NCBI RefSeq assembly: GCF_018977255.1
Contig: NW_024704742.1
Location: forward strand, 96,040,001-96,104,000
Direction: 5' to 3'
Length of the DNA stretch: 64,000 nucleotides
Origin: Callorhinchus milii
Taxonomy: Eukaryota
Both the position numbers and the translations under genes were made by a program. The notes below the pieces were generated by a model, which saw nothing but the letters and a program-made list of their open reading frames with translations, did no database searches and was not told where the DNA came from. Positions 25,324 to 37,436 of this stretch are shown here, piece by piece (positions within the stretch are counted from its first letter, which is position 1; each line of letters begins with the position of its first letter).

Positions 25324-25404
25324 TGGGGTGAAATGTTTATCTTTTCATAATGCATTTGACACATCACATGAAATGCACTATGAAACTTCACAAGTTTCAC
25401 CCCA
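25324..25404. repeat. Short imperfect palindrome
   Basis: tggggtgaaa...tttcataatgcattt pairs with aaatgcactatgaaa...tttcacccca. Confidence 0.7.
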
Positions 25405-26467
25405 ATGTACTATGTGGCACATTTTGAAAAGTTACCAACTGACATATTGAGGAACTTTCAATTTGAGCGTAGGATAATGTTTTACTGCCAAAAAACAAAC
25501 CACTTGCAAATAATAATAATAGATTACAAATGTAAGTCTGGCTCAGATGCTAGCACGCCTCTGGGTTAGAAAGCTGAACGTATCAAGCCCCACCTCAGAA
25601 TTCTGAGCTCATAGAATAAACTTATGTCCTATCTGGCCATGGATGTTGAAGATCCCATGGGACTATTCAAAATGAGAAGAAAGTTTTTTCCAGTCTGCAA
25701 GCCAACAATCCTCCAAATAATTTGGTCATTCACTTCATGACTGTGTGTGGGACATTAATGTGTGCAAATTGGCTGTTGGGTTCCCAGACAAATACACAGT
25801 CTCTATGCTTCATTTCGTTTCAAGCTCTTTGAGACATTTCAAGGTTGTAGGCACTATGCAGGGATTATTATTATCTGGTCACGCAGAGAAGATTCAAAAA
25901 AATAACTGCAGTGTCCTATAATACTACGCAAAACCAACAGAGCAATTGTAATTTCAAAACCATTTCTCACTTTGTAACTTTAGTGGTTGGGCTCTTGTCA
26001 GAAAGCTGGCATCTATGTAACGCTGCTGTAACATGCTGCAGTTATTAAATGTCACCCAGTTGTTTGTCTTCTCATGTTTATGACATGGTAATGGATGGTT
26101 TACTGCAATGTAATTATGTTGTTCATACTTGATTGCCGCTTTTAAAATAAAACTTTACTGCTCTAATGAGGCTGGAGTCTAATCCAATCCTGTGCAATCA
26201 TTTATCTAGTGTAATAATAAAAAACAGACTAAAAAGACAGGTCTCCAAATTTAATTTTTTTTGTCATTTTTTTCACTCTTCCTCTTCTTGAAGAAGTTTG
26301 GCTCATTTTTCCTTGTTAGTTGGGTATGCACACACTTATGTAATCGCCTTCTGGTATCTCACACAGTGTCATTATTTCATGTCCGATTCTTAACAGTGAG
26401 AGTCAGAAGGTGGTTCAACTGCAGGGATATCACAGCATACTCACACCATCGAGCAGAGGTCTCTGGA

Positions 26468-26704
26468 TAATAATAATAATCCTTGCATTTGATATAGCGC
26501 TTTTCACGTCTTCTAGACGTCTCAAAACGCTTCACAGAATATACTGTAAAGTGAATTGAGACCATATATTTGTGGGCGAAACGCGGCAGCCAATTGCGCA
26601 CAGCAGTGTCCCACAAACAGCTGTGGATTGAAAATGACCGATTTATTATTGTTTTGTTTCGGAGGGATTATTATTAGGCTTATGGAATAAGGAAACTTGC
26701 CCAA
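26468..26704 (-). mobile_element. 5'-truncated family A SINE
   Basis: Body and tail match the 4907 copy from ttgggcaagtttcc onward. Confidence 0.9.
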
Positions 26705-28237
26705 TAATAGATGTCAATCAGGAGTGGAAATCATAGCTAATTCTTCCCTTCCTAAACCAAGGACAGTAATGCCCCAGCTTTCCCTCTGGCTGGGATCGCC
26801 TAACTCAACATAAACTGGAATTTAAACCTGCAACCTTCTGGTCTGTATGGCTAAGTGCTGCAGTGGGCACTTTATCGAAGTGCGTTCCCAAATTGTAATA
26901 AATTAACAGATCCATTAAAGCAACAGTAAGTCAAGAGGGGTGCAGAGCAGGGGTGGGAGTGGGGGTTGCAGGTGGTGGGATCAAAGAGTAAAACTGAATA
27001 AAAAATTAAAAGAATAAGATGGAGGTGAATATTGAAACATTGGCAAAGTCCTGGCAATATTCTTGTTCTTATGGGGCGAAATTCCACCTGGGAATATATT
27101 TAATAATAATAATAATACTTTAATTTGATATAGCACCTTATCACATTTTTGAGATGTCTCAAAGTGCTTCGCAGAATATACTTTAAAGTGAATTAACTGT
27201 GTATTTTGTGGGTGAAATGGGGCAGCCAATTGCGCACAGCAGTGTCCCACACACAGTCGTGGATTGAGTGACCGCATTATTATGATGATGATGTATTATT
27301 TTATATTTACGTAGCATTTAACAGTGTCCAGAATTTGGCACATTGTTGAATTCAATTTTAACTTTGAAGCTGTTTTTTTCTGCAGTTCTTAAAAGAAGCT
27401 TTACAGAAAATCAGCTTTATAATTAAAACTGTGATTAATAATTTGCCAAATACTGTCCTCTGTAAATGGCTACATAAATAGAGTAAATCTAGACCCATGT
27501 GGAATTTCTCTTCCACAATATCTATGGATACAACTTACATTCTAATATTATCATATCTTAGCATGACAAAAATAAACAGCCCTTAATTCCTTTATAAGGA
27601 AATTTATTAGAACTCCCATCCACCTGCTGGAACATTACTGTGGAAGTTGATCTTGTCAGAGTGGAGATCCAGTGGATTGGCATGCCCTTTAATACCTCCA
27701 CTACTCAAAAGGGTGGGGGACAAGGGGAAACAGGATACATTCATCAACCCTGAAAGTGAGTCTGTGTTACCTTCAAAAAGTTATCTGCATGGCATTACTA
27801 ATAACATGACCTTGGGGGGAAAAAAACGATTGTGTTATCTATTTGACTGTCAATCTGACTTTTGTTTCCAATGAGATACAGTACTCTGAATACATTGATA
27901 AACTATCAAGGTCTTTGATCATCACACCCCAGCTCATGGTGGTGTGTGGGTGAGTGGGGTGGGGCGAGAGAAGTACACAGCAACCATAGTTCAGATGTCA
28001 TTTTTATTGTAAAATAAATTACAGTGTATATAATATATATATATTCATTTGTGGATAGAACTGATAGCAAATGTAATCTAATCTGTACATTCAGGTGACA
28101 ATAAAGTGGTGGAGTTTCACTCTGTTAGTTTTGAATGTTATTTGAACCCTTCGGTGACAATGATGTTTCTTCTTGTTGCAATTTTATTCTATAAAAGATT
28201 TGTCAACCTTCTTGGTATTTTAGACTCTTTCTGTAGG

Positions 28238-28665
28238 ATAATAATAATAATCCTTACATTTGATATTGCGCCTTTTACATTGGGATGCCGTCTCAAAGCA
28301 CTTCACAGGATATACTGTAAATGATTGTTAATGCAGGTGACGCAGTAGCCAATTGTGCACAGCAATGTCTCACAAACAGCAATAAAGTGAATGGCCAATT
28401 TTATTTGGGGGATTATTGGCCAAGACACTGGGAGAAACACCCTTTTCTTTTCAAATAGTGCCATGGGAACTTTAACTTTCACTTGAATAGGCAGACGGAA
28501 TCTTGGTTTAATGTCTCATCTGAAGGACAGCATCAATTCAGTGCACGCCCAGAACTGCACTGAACTGTCAGCCTAGACTTGTGAGTTCAAAGTCTTAAAA
28601 TGTCGCTTGAACCCGCAGCCTTCTGAGTCAGAAGTGAAAGTACTACCAACTGAGGCAGGCTGACA
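28238..28665 (-). mobile_element. Full-length Deu-core SINE
   Basis: Reverse complement of the 12850 element. Confidence 0.82.
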
Positions 28666-30703
28666 ACTACTCAATATTCAACAAGGAAGAGTCAAGTTCC
28701 CAATCTAATCATTTTGCAAGCTCAATGAATTTTCTCGGTTACGGAATGAATGCCATCGTCTCTTTGTCTGTCCTCTACACAATGTATGCAGCCACTGCAT
28801 TTCCCAGCACTGGAATTCTGTTGTGCCCTAGTACAAGCTATGTAGCTTCACATCAATGCAATGTGGGTTAGCTCATTACCAGTTCAGTTACAAGATTTTG
28901 CCCAGGAAGTTATGGCTCAACTTTCCCACTCAATGACCTTCTGCATCTAAATTCCTTCCTCAACAATGAGGCAATTCTATCTGATCCTAATAAAGGAATC
29001 ACAATAAGACATGAGACCACGGAATGATATTAGTGCATTAATCATTAGCCCACAGGAACTCTAAGCAGGGCAGACTGATGCGTCATTTATTTCTCGTTAA
29101 AACTGATTCCTGTTATTTAAACCACACATTTGATTAATTTGAAGGTATTATTTAAAGAGTGGGACTTTATGGAGTCTTACTATGGTAGAAGACTGTGGTC
29201 TGACCTATGACACAGAATTCCTGCTATCTGGAGTAGTGCCTGATGACCTCAGTGTGGAAGTGGGTTGGTAAGTGCCCACATCACAGAGCAGTAGAAAGAC
29301 AGTGGGAAAAACTTCCATTACAATAAAAACAATGTTTAAGAAAATGTTCTTGTAGCATGGATTAAAGGGTTGCAACTGTTAGAAAATGAGCCAAGATAGT
29401 AAAAAAAAGGCAGCCACTGTTAGGTTTTGCTTGTGCATGTATCATGTGATTTCTACATCATATGATTTAGATATCAAACGAAGTGCTGGTTTCATCAATA
29501 AACTACCCAAATGAATCCCTGGCATTCAGTCACTTGCCTTTGTGGTATAATAATACAGTGGGGTGGGTAGCAGGGGGAGCACCTTATTTTGTTGAAAAGT
29601 GCTGCACAGATAATTACCATCAAGTGTATTATTTTGGGGAAAACACACCAACAATGTGCCACAAATACCCATTAGATAGCTAACCAATTAATCATATTAT
29701 TATCAATGAAATGCTATGACTTTGTGGGTCCTGACAATGTTCAGAAATGACTCCTCTTTCACTTTCATGGCTGATCCTACTTTCTACCCTTTTGCACTAT
29801 ATTTTATTAATGAAATACAATGTGGCTTTGATCAAGTCTTTCTGAAGTAAGTTGTTGTGCTATTCAAGGTACACTACTGTGCTTTTAAGGTCAAACTTAG
29901 GAGAAAGGTGAAGTATGAAGGTTAAAAACTGTAAGAGAGAAGATGCGATGAAGAGCAGATAGCATAAAGCTAGTGTTTAAATGCCTGCAGGTTATAGGAG
30001 GAAAGGAGTTCCAGTCTTGACATCTGGAAAGATTGAATGAGAGGAGACAGCATTATGAATCATCATTTTGACACAGTGAGAATACAGGGAGGACATAGAA
30101 TGTGGAGGTCAGCATATTTGACATATAGGAAAAAAACAAGAGAGGAAAGTTCAGAGGAGCAAAGATAAATATTCACACAGAGGATAAATGGATTGAGGGA
30201 GAGTCACTTAAGTAGGAGGACCTGATGACCTTGTGTTATGAGCCAAACTCTTCAATAAATATTAATAAAATTGACGTGGGCAGAATTTACTTTTATTCCT
30301 GCGTGTTAAACATTCATACAAGTCCAATGAGTTATGTACTTTGGTTAGTAATACTGAGTTGGTACTACCTGAACCGAATTAACATCGTGATCTAATTTTC
30401 AGTATTTCTAAAAAGAATTCTTGTCAACATGTGGGAAATCCATTCCAAAAGGAGATTGCTTGGGAGCAGAGTTCCTAGAGGTCAGAGTGACATAGTTCTG
30501 GCAATTGGGATTGTAGGCAGTTTCTCCTGGTGTCCTAGACAACAATCCCCCAAGTAAAACTGATCACTCACTCTATGGTTGTTTGTATAACATTGCTATG
30601 CACAAATTGGCTGCTGCGTTCATCCACGAAATACACACAGTCACCGTATTTCATGTGAAGTGCTTTGGGTCACCTCAACAACATGAAAGTTGCTACATCA
30701 AAA

Positions 30704-30810
30704 ATGTATGTATGTATGTATGTATGTATGTATGTATGTATGTATGTATGTATTTATAAAGAAAGAGAGAAACAAACAAACAAACAAACAAGCAAACAAA
30801 TAAATAAATA
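30704..30810. repeat. Compound microsatellite (ATGT)n, then (AAAC)n/(AAAT)n
   Basis: Directly visible between two SINE fragments. Confidence 0.95.
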
Positions 30811-31382
30811 GGTCACTTAATCCATGACTGTTTGTGGGACACTGCTGTGTGCAATTGGCTGCCGCGTTTTGCCCACAAATATATAGTCAATTCACTTTAC
30901 AGCATATTCTGTGAAGAGCTTTGAGATGTCTAGATGACCTGAAAAGCACTATATCAAATGCAAGGATTATTATTATACATAGCTCAATAACATTCTCTCT
31001 AGGATGACTCTTTATGAGGGCTAATAAGTTTATCAACTCATTATTCATGGTGCATTACACTGGGCGTCGTTGCTCTTCTATGCCCTATCTGGAGGTCTTG
31101 AGTGGCTCCTCTAAGTATATTCTGTGAAGCGCTTTGAGATGTTTCGAAGGCGTGAAAAGCACTCTATCAAATGCAAGGATTATTTATTTACTATTATAAA
31201 TTTATTATTATTATTGGAAAGAGTGCCCATTTTACTTGACTTGGATTCTTTATTAAAGAATCTTGTTAAAAATAGCACAAATTAGACAATGTTGTTTTCA
31301 GGAGCAAAGTAGAATCAGAAAGTGTAGGATGTCTAATGCTAACTCAGTACTATATTGATGCTATGAATGGAGTGGACATCTG

Positions 31383-31600
31383 AGAGGCCTGAAATTCCAC
31401 CTAGGCCTACCCTTTAAAACCATTTTGCCTTAAAATTTAAGATCTTGCAGAATTGTGAAAAAAATTGATAGCAATCTTAATTTGGAAGCTGGAATACTTT
31501 CAAGAGCTGCGAAAAACCACATTATTGCATAACGATAAGACAAAGTTTGTACAAGAATTTAGTCCTTGCAGGCTAAAACTGGGTGGAATTTTTGGCCTCG
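31383..31600. mobile_element. MITE-like element with imperfect terminal inverted repeats
   Basis: Left gaggcctgaaattccacctagg versus reverse complement of right end gaggccaaaaattccacccagt; related pieces at about 18510-18660, 38070-38160 and 44558-44685. Confidence 0.55.
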
Positions 31601-32384
31601 GATTTCTACTTGCACTTACACTGCCATTAAGCACCTGTAAATCAAGTGGACACAGGAATCTGTCCCCCAATAATCCCACCGCGATTCATACTACCTGCTT
31701 TGTGACTAATTGCTGTCAAAATCAATGGCAAAACATACAGTACAACTGCAGTATACACCTCACTGACCTCACTGGACTGTCATGGCTCTTATTGGACCTC
31801 ACTAAAATAATGCCAACTCCACTGATGTGATCCACAAAAATATTAGAAAAAGCATCATAATCTCCAGAAACGGACAAGAAAAGAGATCAAGTTAAAAGTA
31901 ATTTAATGTGTTGTTTTCTGAAGGAGAACATATGGTAATTATTCGCTCTTTAAATTAGATGAGATTTGAGAAATGAGGAGTCATACATCAAAGGTTTCAG
32001 GCTGAGAAATAAAAATCTATTGCTTCAGGTTCAAAATTGCCAGATTGCTAAAGTATGTGGCTTTATTACTGTAACACTCATCAAACTTTATGATGAAGAA
32101 ACATCAAAGAGATTACTACAGAAATGTTAGCTACAGATGAATCTGCAAACAGTGCACCTTGTTAAGCACCAATGCCATTGATTTACAAATAGAATTGTGT
32201 TATGGCACTTATATGAAGGGGTAATACCTTGGCTGAATCAACCACCCAGCTGTTCACTTCAGCTCTTGGAAACAGTGCACAATCTCTGTGTTTGTTTTGA
32301 TTCTCTCTGCATCATTTCCCATTTCTGTCAGTACTGTGTTAGATCAATGAGCTATGAGCAACAATGAGACAAGCTAGGACTTGA

Positions 32385-32730
32385 GTGAAGAACACATAGA
32401 GAGGTCCTCATAGAGCTGTATAAAATTTTAAATGGGATTGAAAACTTAAACCCAGATCAATACTTTACGATGCACCAAGACAGTAGAACAAGAGATCAAG
32501 AGACGTAAGCTTACAATTGCAAACACAATTTCAGGACAGATACCAAGAAGTGTTTCTTTATTCAGAGGGTAATTAACAACTGAGACAGATTGCCAGGAAA
32601 GTTGGTTGAGGCCAGGGAACAAGTAGCTTGATGCTGTGTTCAGGGAATGCTAGGGTGGGTATTTGGAGGGATGAGATCAGATGGGCTGTAGAGCCTTGTT
32701 CATCTGAATCAATTTTGTGACCTTTGTGAT
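32385..32730 (+). mobile_element. CR1 LINE 3' fragment
   Basis: ctcatagagctgtataaaattttaaatggg (LIELYKILNG)...ttctttattcagagggtaattaac, and tail gatgggc...gcctt. Confidence 0.7.
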
Positions 32731-32769
32731 CTCACCCCAGCACAACCAAACCCTTTTGTCACCCCCAGA

Positions 32770-33300
32770 CTTGACTTTCTCAGTGCCTTCCTCACCAGCC
32801 TCGCAGGTCAACCCTTCACAAGCTACATGTCATTTGTAACTTCACAGCCTGAATACTTTCTCTTACCAGAGTCCACAAGTCCATCAACTCTACCCTTATC
32901 ATGTCCATTGAGTCCCTTTTCCCTAGAGGAATTTTAAGATCCTCATTCTAAGTATTAAATGCCTTCACACTCTTGCCCACTCTTATTCTGTCATCTCCTA
33001 CAATCCTAGTTTTATGTCCTCTCTGGCAATGTCTCCCTCCCGCACTAACCTACCATTAGTAAGTCTATCCTTGCTCTCTAGAACTTGCTCCCTAAATCTC
33101 TCCAGCTCACACCCTCGGTCTCTGCTTTCAGAACTCAACTAAAACCTATATTTTTGACTGTCTTAAGTTAGCTATCTCCTACGCTGCTCATCTCCCACCT
33201 CGAGCCCCTGCTCGAAGGACCTTGCCATCTCTGTAAAGTACTTTGAGATGTTCTCCTAGCTTGACTATGCGGAAAGTGCTATATACATGCAAGTTTTAAC
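32770..33300 (+). mobile_element. Old L2 3' fragment
   Basis: Degenerate match to the L2 C-terminal region (ttttaagatcctcattcta...gccttcac) and tail ...aaagtgctatatacatgcaag. Confidence 0.6.
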
Positions 33301-34429
33301 ATAAATTACATTGTCAGAACAATAAATAGTTGTTCAACTTGTTTCAGATTCCCATTGCTGCAGCTGGTGGCTTCAGTGGCCATGCTGTAAGCTATGTGAC
33401 AGTCCTGTTACCTCTCAAGTCCACTAAAGAGGCCGTTTTCTTGGAACCTCTCAAGGCAGCACCAGCAGCAGTGAGATAAACTCTGCCTCTGCCATTTGTT
33501 CCCAGCCCCTGCAGGTTGGACCCTTGGCCCAGCCACATGGTGCTGCCATGTGGTTTATGTGATGGACAAGGATTGTCACAGCCAGACATTAAGACATGAG
33601 CACTACTTTCAAACAAGCTTGCATGTGGGCAGTGTTTCTTCTGTTGCTGCTGTGCTGTGGAACCCTCCCAGCAGTGTGTCTGAGTAAATTACACAGCACC
33701 AGAGGGACAGAATTTCACAGTACACAGACAAGGGGAATTGAGAGAGCAACTATGCTCATATAGTCTGATGCAACACTGGATTACATGCATTATACGCAGT
33801 ACACACGCAGCACCAGGAGAGCATGTTGTCCATACAGCCTACATACAATACCAGGAACACATGCTGAAGCAGGAGCACCCACTTATTAAGTAATAATAAT
33901 AAAAATAATAATAACATAATCTGAAATGTCAAATGTGCCATCTAGCACCAGAAACAGAAGGCTACATATTAACATGTCCAGCTCTAGCACCATTGGGGTA
34001 ACTGAATCGACATAATAAATGTAGATAAATATATTGACTGAACCATCCATAACCACTTTGATATTGATGTAAAGACCAACTGGTATGAACAGCAAATGTG
34101 ATATCAAAAAATAACATTCATAATAATCTGGGATGCACAAGTGTATAATGATAGAACAGTCATAAACTAGATATCATCATAAAAAAAACTATATTATCAT
34201 TAATGTGGCCATTTATAGTGACTACAATGTACAAAATAAGGAACTAGAGAAGATCAGCAAATATGTTGATCACAAATTGAATGCGGACGCATGTGGCGGT
34301 GCAAGACAAGCATAGTTCCTATATTTATTGGTGCAACTGGGACTGTTAATGAGACAATTCAGAATCGGCTTGACAGGATACCTGAAGTACAAAATGTCCA
34401 CCTCCTGAAGAAGACCCATATGAACCCAT

Positions 34430-36147
34430 ATGAAACCCACCACCTGCTCGCTGGATCCCATCCCTAACCCCCTCTTTACCTCCCAGCTCCTCCCAGGGTG
34501 CCCCTCTACTCACTGACATGGTTAACCTCTCCCTGCCCTTTGGTACTGTTCCCACCCCTTTAAAATTGCTATCATCACTCCTATCCTTAAAAATCCCTCC
34601 CTGAACCCTTCTCTACGCTTTAACTACCGCCCCATCCACAACCTCCCCTTCCTCTCCAAGATCCTGAAACGAGTTGTTGCTTCTCAGCTTTGTTCCTTCC
34701 TCTCCCCCCACTCCCTTCTCAAACCCCTCCAATCGGGCTTGCGAGCCTCCCACAGCACAGAATCCGCTCTGATCAAAGTGACAAATTACATTCTGTCCAT
34801 CTGCAACCAGGTCTCCCTCTGCCTCCTCGTCCTCCTTGACCTCGCTGCTGCTTTCAACACCATCGACCACTCTATCCTCATCCACCACCTCTCCTCTCAC
34901 CTCAACCTCCACGGTGCTGTCCTTGATTGGTTCAGATCGTACCTCTCACACCGCCTCCACTTCATCTCCTCAAATGGCTTCTCCTCTAGCCCCCGAACCA
35001 TCTCGTACGGAATTCCTCAGGGCTCTGTCCTTGGTCCCCTCCTCTTCAACATCTATATGCCCCCCCCCCCTTGGTGACATAATCCACAGACATGGGGTCA
35101 ACTTTCACATGTATGCGGATGACACCCAACTATACCTCTCTGCCTCCACCCTTGACTCCAGGACCACTGCTGTGCTGTCAGAATGACTGTCAGACATCAA
35201 GTCCTGGATGAGAGCTAACTTTCTTCAGTTGAACGTCAACAAGACCGAGGCTCTCCTGATTGGCTCCCGTCAGCGCCTCCACACTTCAGGCGCTGACAGT
35301 ATCACCATCAATGGTTGCACACTTCACCTTGCTGAGCCAGTCCGGAACCTTGGTGTCTTGTTCGACCCTTAACTATCCTTTCTACCCCACATTCGTTCCA
35401 TGACCTGCTCTGCCTTCCCCCAACTCCGCAATGTCACCTGGCTGCAACACTGTCTCACACCCCCGGCTCGCTGAAACCCTTATACACGCATTCATTACAT
35501 CGAGATCAACTACGCAAGCTCACTGCTTATCGGCTTCCCCAACTCCTCCTTACACAGACTGCAGATCATCCAGAACTCTGCAGCCCATGTCCTCTCTCCC
35601 ACTAGGCTCCGTGACCCTATCACCCCCATCCTCGCCCAACTCCACTGGCTTCCCATTACACACAGGATACAGTTCAAAATCCTGGTCCTCACCTTCAAAG
35701 CCCTCCATGGTCTTGCTCCTCCCTACCTCTCCGACCTCCTAACCCCCTATCATCCTGTTTACAGCGCCTTGGGACGTCCTCCCGACATGAAAGGCGCTCT
35801 ATAAATGGAATCTTGTTGTTGTTGTTGTTCATTCCTTCCACTAAGCGGGCTCTGGCCTGCTTCACGTCTCCCGCCTTGCTCGCCCCACTATCGGAAGGCG
35901 GGCCTTCTGCCACTCTGCCCCCACCCTCTGGAATTCCATCCCACAGTCCCTCCGTCTCGCCCCCTTCCTCACCATCTTCAAGACCAACCTCAAGACTCTC
36001 CTCTTCGACTGTGCTTTCGATCTCTCTGCTTCCCCCCCTCTACCCCACCTCGACCCTCAGCTCCGGTCCAAAACTCTGTCTGTTCAGTACCTTGAGACGT
36101 CCTCCCGACGTGAAAGGCGCTAAACAAATATAATCTTGTTGTTGTTG
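34430..36147 (+). mobile_element. L2-clade LINE, 5'-truncated and frameshifted
   Basis: ORFs 34739-35077 ([23 protein letters not shown]) and 34836-35186 ([10 protein letters not shown]); stem-loop and (TTG)n at about 36085-36147. Confidence 0.93.
35760..35829 (+). mobile_element. Minimal L2 3'-tail insertion nested inside the 34430-36147 L2
   Basis: tacagcgccttgggacgtcctcccgacatgaaaggcgctctataaatggaatc(ttg)n interrupts host sequence that resumes as cattccttccactaagcggg; tgtt occurs at both junctions. Confidence 0.88.
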
Positions 36148-37296
36148 AAAATAGTTCTTTTGGGAAGTTCAAATATACTAAGAAAAGTAACATACATTCA
36201 TGTATAACATGACACTGTTATCGATCTGGCTGAAAATCACTGAAAAACATTTAGAAACTACCTCTAAGAGTGATCTAAACTGCAAACTCCTAATAATACA
36301 GCTTGCATTTGGTACAGTGCTTTTTGACATCTTCAAGACGTCTCAAAGCGTTTCACAGAATCGTGTAAAGTGAATTGACGTTGGGACGTCCTCCTGACAT
36401 GAAAGGCGCTGTACAAATGTAATTTTGTACTGTGTGCAGGTGACTGTATATACTGTGGACGAAACACACTACTACTAATACTGATAATAATAATAATCAT
36501 CATTATCATCCTTATCATGCATTTGTTATAGCATTTTTCACATTGGAAGCACGTCTCAAAATGTTTCATAGGATATCATTTAAAGTGTTGTAATCAACAA
36601 CTTCACAGAATTCTGTATGCTATAAACACAACATTGCATAATCACAATTTTTGTTTTAGGTCGGGATAACAGATTCCTGTCACCTAATGCAACACTGGTT
36701 GCTCTTATGTTACTTTTCGTCTTATTACATGCCTCTGTCCTGCTCGGTTAGTTAAAATCTCTCAAGTGAGAATACGGTTAAACCTGCTTGTGGGTTCTGC
36801 GAGCTGGCACTGAGTAGTTGGTTAAGTACAAGCTGGTTTAAATGGATTTCAATGAAGAAATGAACTCAGAAACCTAAGACATTTTTAAGTATGTTAGCTC
36901 AGATAGCCCCACTGGAGCAATTTAGATTGCTGCTAATATAAGTAGATTTGCTAAATTAATCTCAAAAGCTTTGAAAAGAATTAAAAGTGCAGTATGTTTG
37001 ATGGTAAATCATGCTCTTCTGATACTCAAGAAATATCACAATGGATTGTCCATCTGTGCTTAGGCTCTGGAGTGCTCTGTCAGTCAGCTCCACATCCTTG
37101 TCCATTGCACGGTGAGCAGAGCCTTGGGTGAAGTCATACTGCCCATGCGCAATCCTAAAGGTACCATAATTAGTAAGAAATAGACTCACACAAAGAGAGC
37201 TTCCAACAGCAGCCAGATAATTTCAGCTCTTCTCCTCCTAGTTCCCCTGCAACTCAGCTCGGCTCTTCTTGATTCCCTTCCAACTCAATCCTGCTC

Positions 37297-37436
37297 AGAA
37301 CACAAAATACTGCAAATGCTGGAAATCTGAAAACAAAAACAGAAGTCACTGGGAACACTCAGCAGGTCAGGCAGCATCTATGGCGAAAGGAAAATGAGTC
37401 AACGTTTCGGGTCCACGACCCTATGTCAGAACTGCA
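37297..37436 (-). mobile_element. Penelope-like terminal-repeat fragment with hammerhead-like motif
   Basis: Minus strand reads CTGACATA-GGGTC-GTG-GACCC-GAAACGTT; related to 63480-63810 (+) and 7690-7835. Penelope assignment is from recall of similar shark repeats. Confidence 0.6.

Larger units (their letters stand above)
33921..36290 (+). mobile_element. Decayed R4/Dong/Rex6-like non-LTR retrotransposon 3' part (zinc knuckle plus restriction-like endonuclease), split by the L2 at 34430-36147
   Basis: Manual translation across frameshifts: CQMCHLAPETEGYILTCPALA..NRHN; IIWDAQVYNDRT; IINVAIYSDYNVQNKELEKISKY; IECGRMWRCKTSIVPIFIGATGTV...HLLK; then after the L2, KIVLLGSSNILRKV (36148-36189). Flanked by (TAA)n at 33891-33920 and TAATAAT at 36291. 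Confidence 0.8.
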
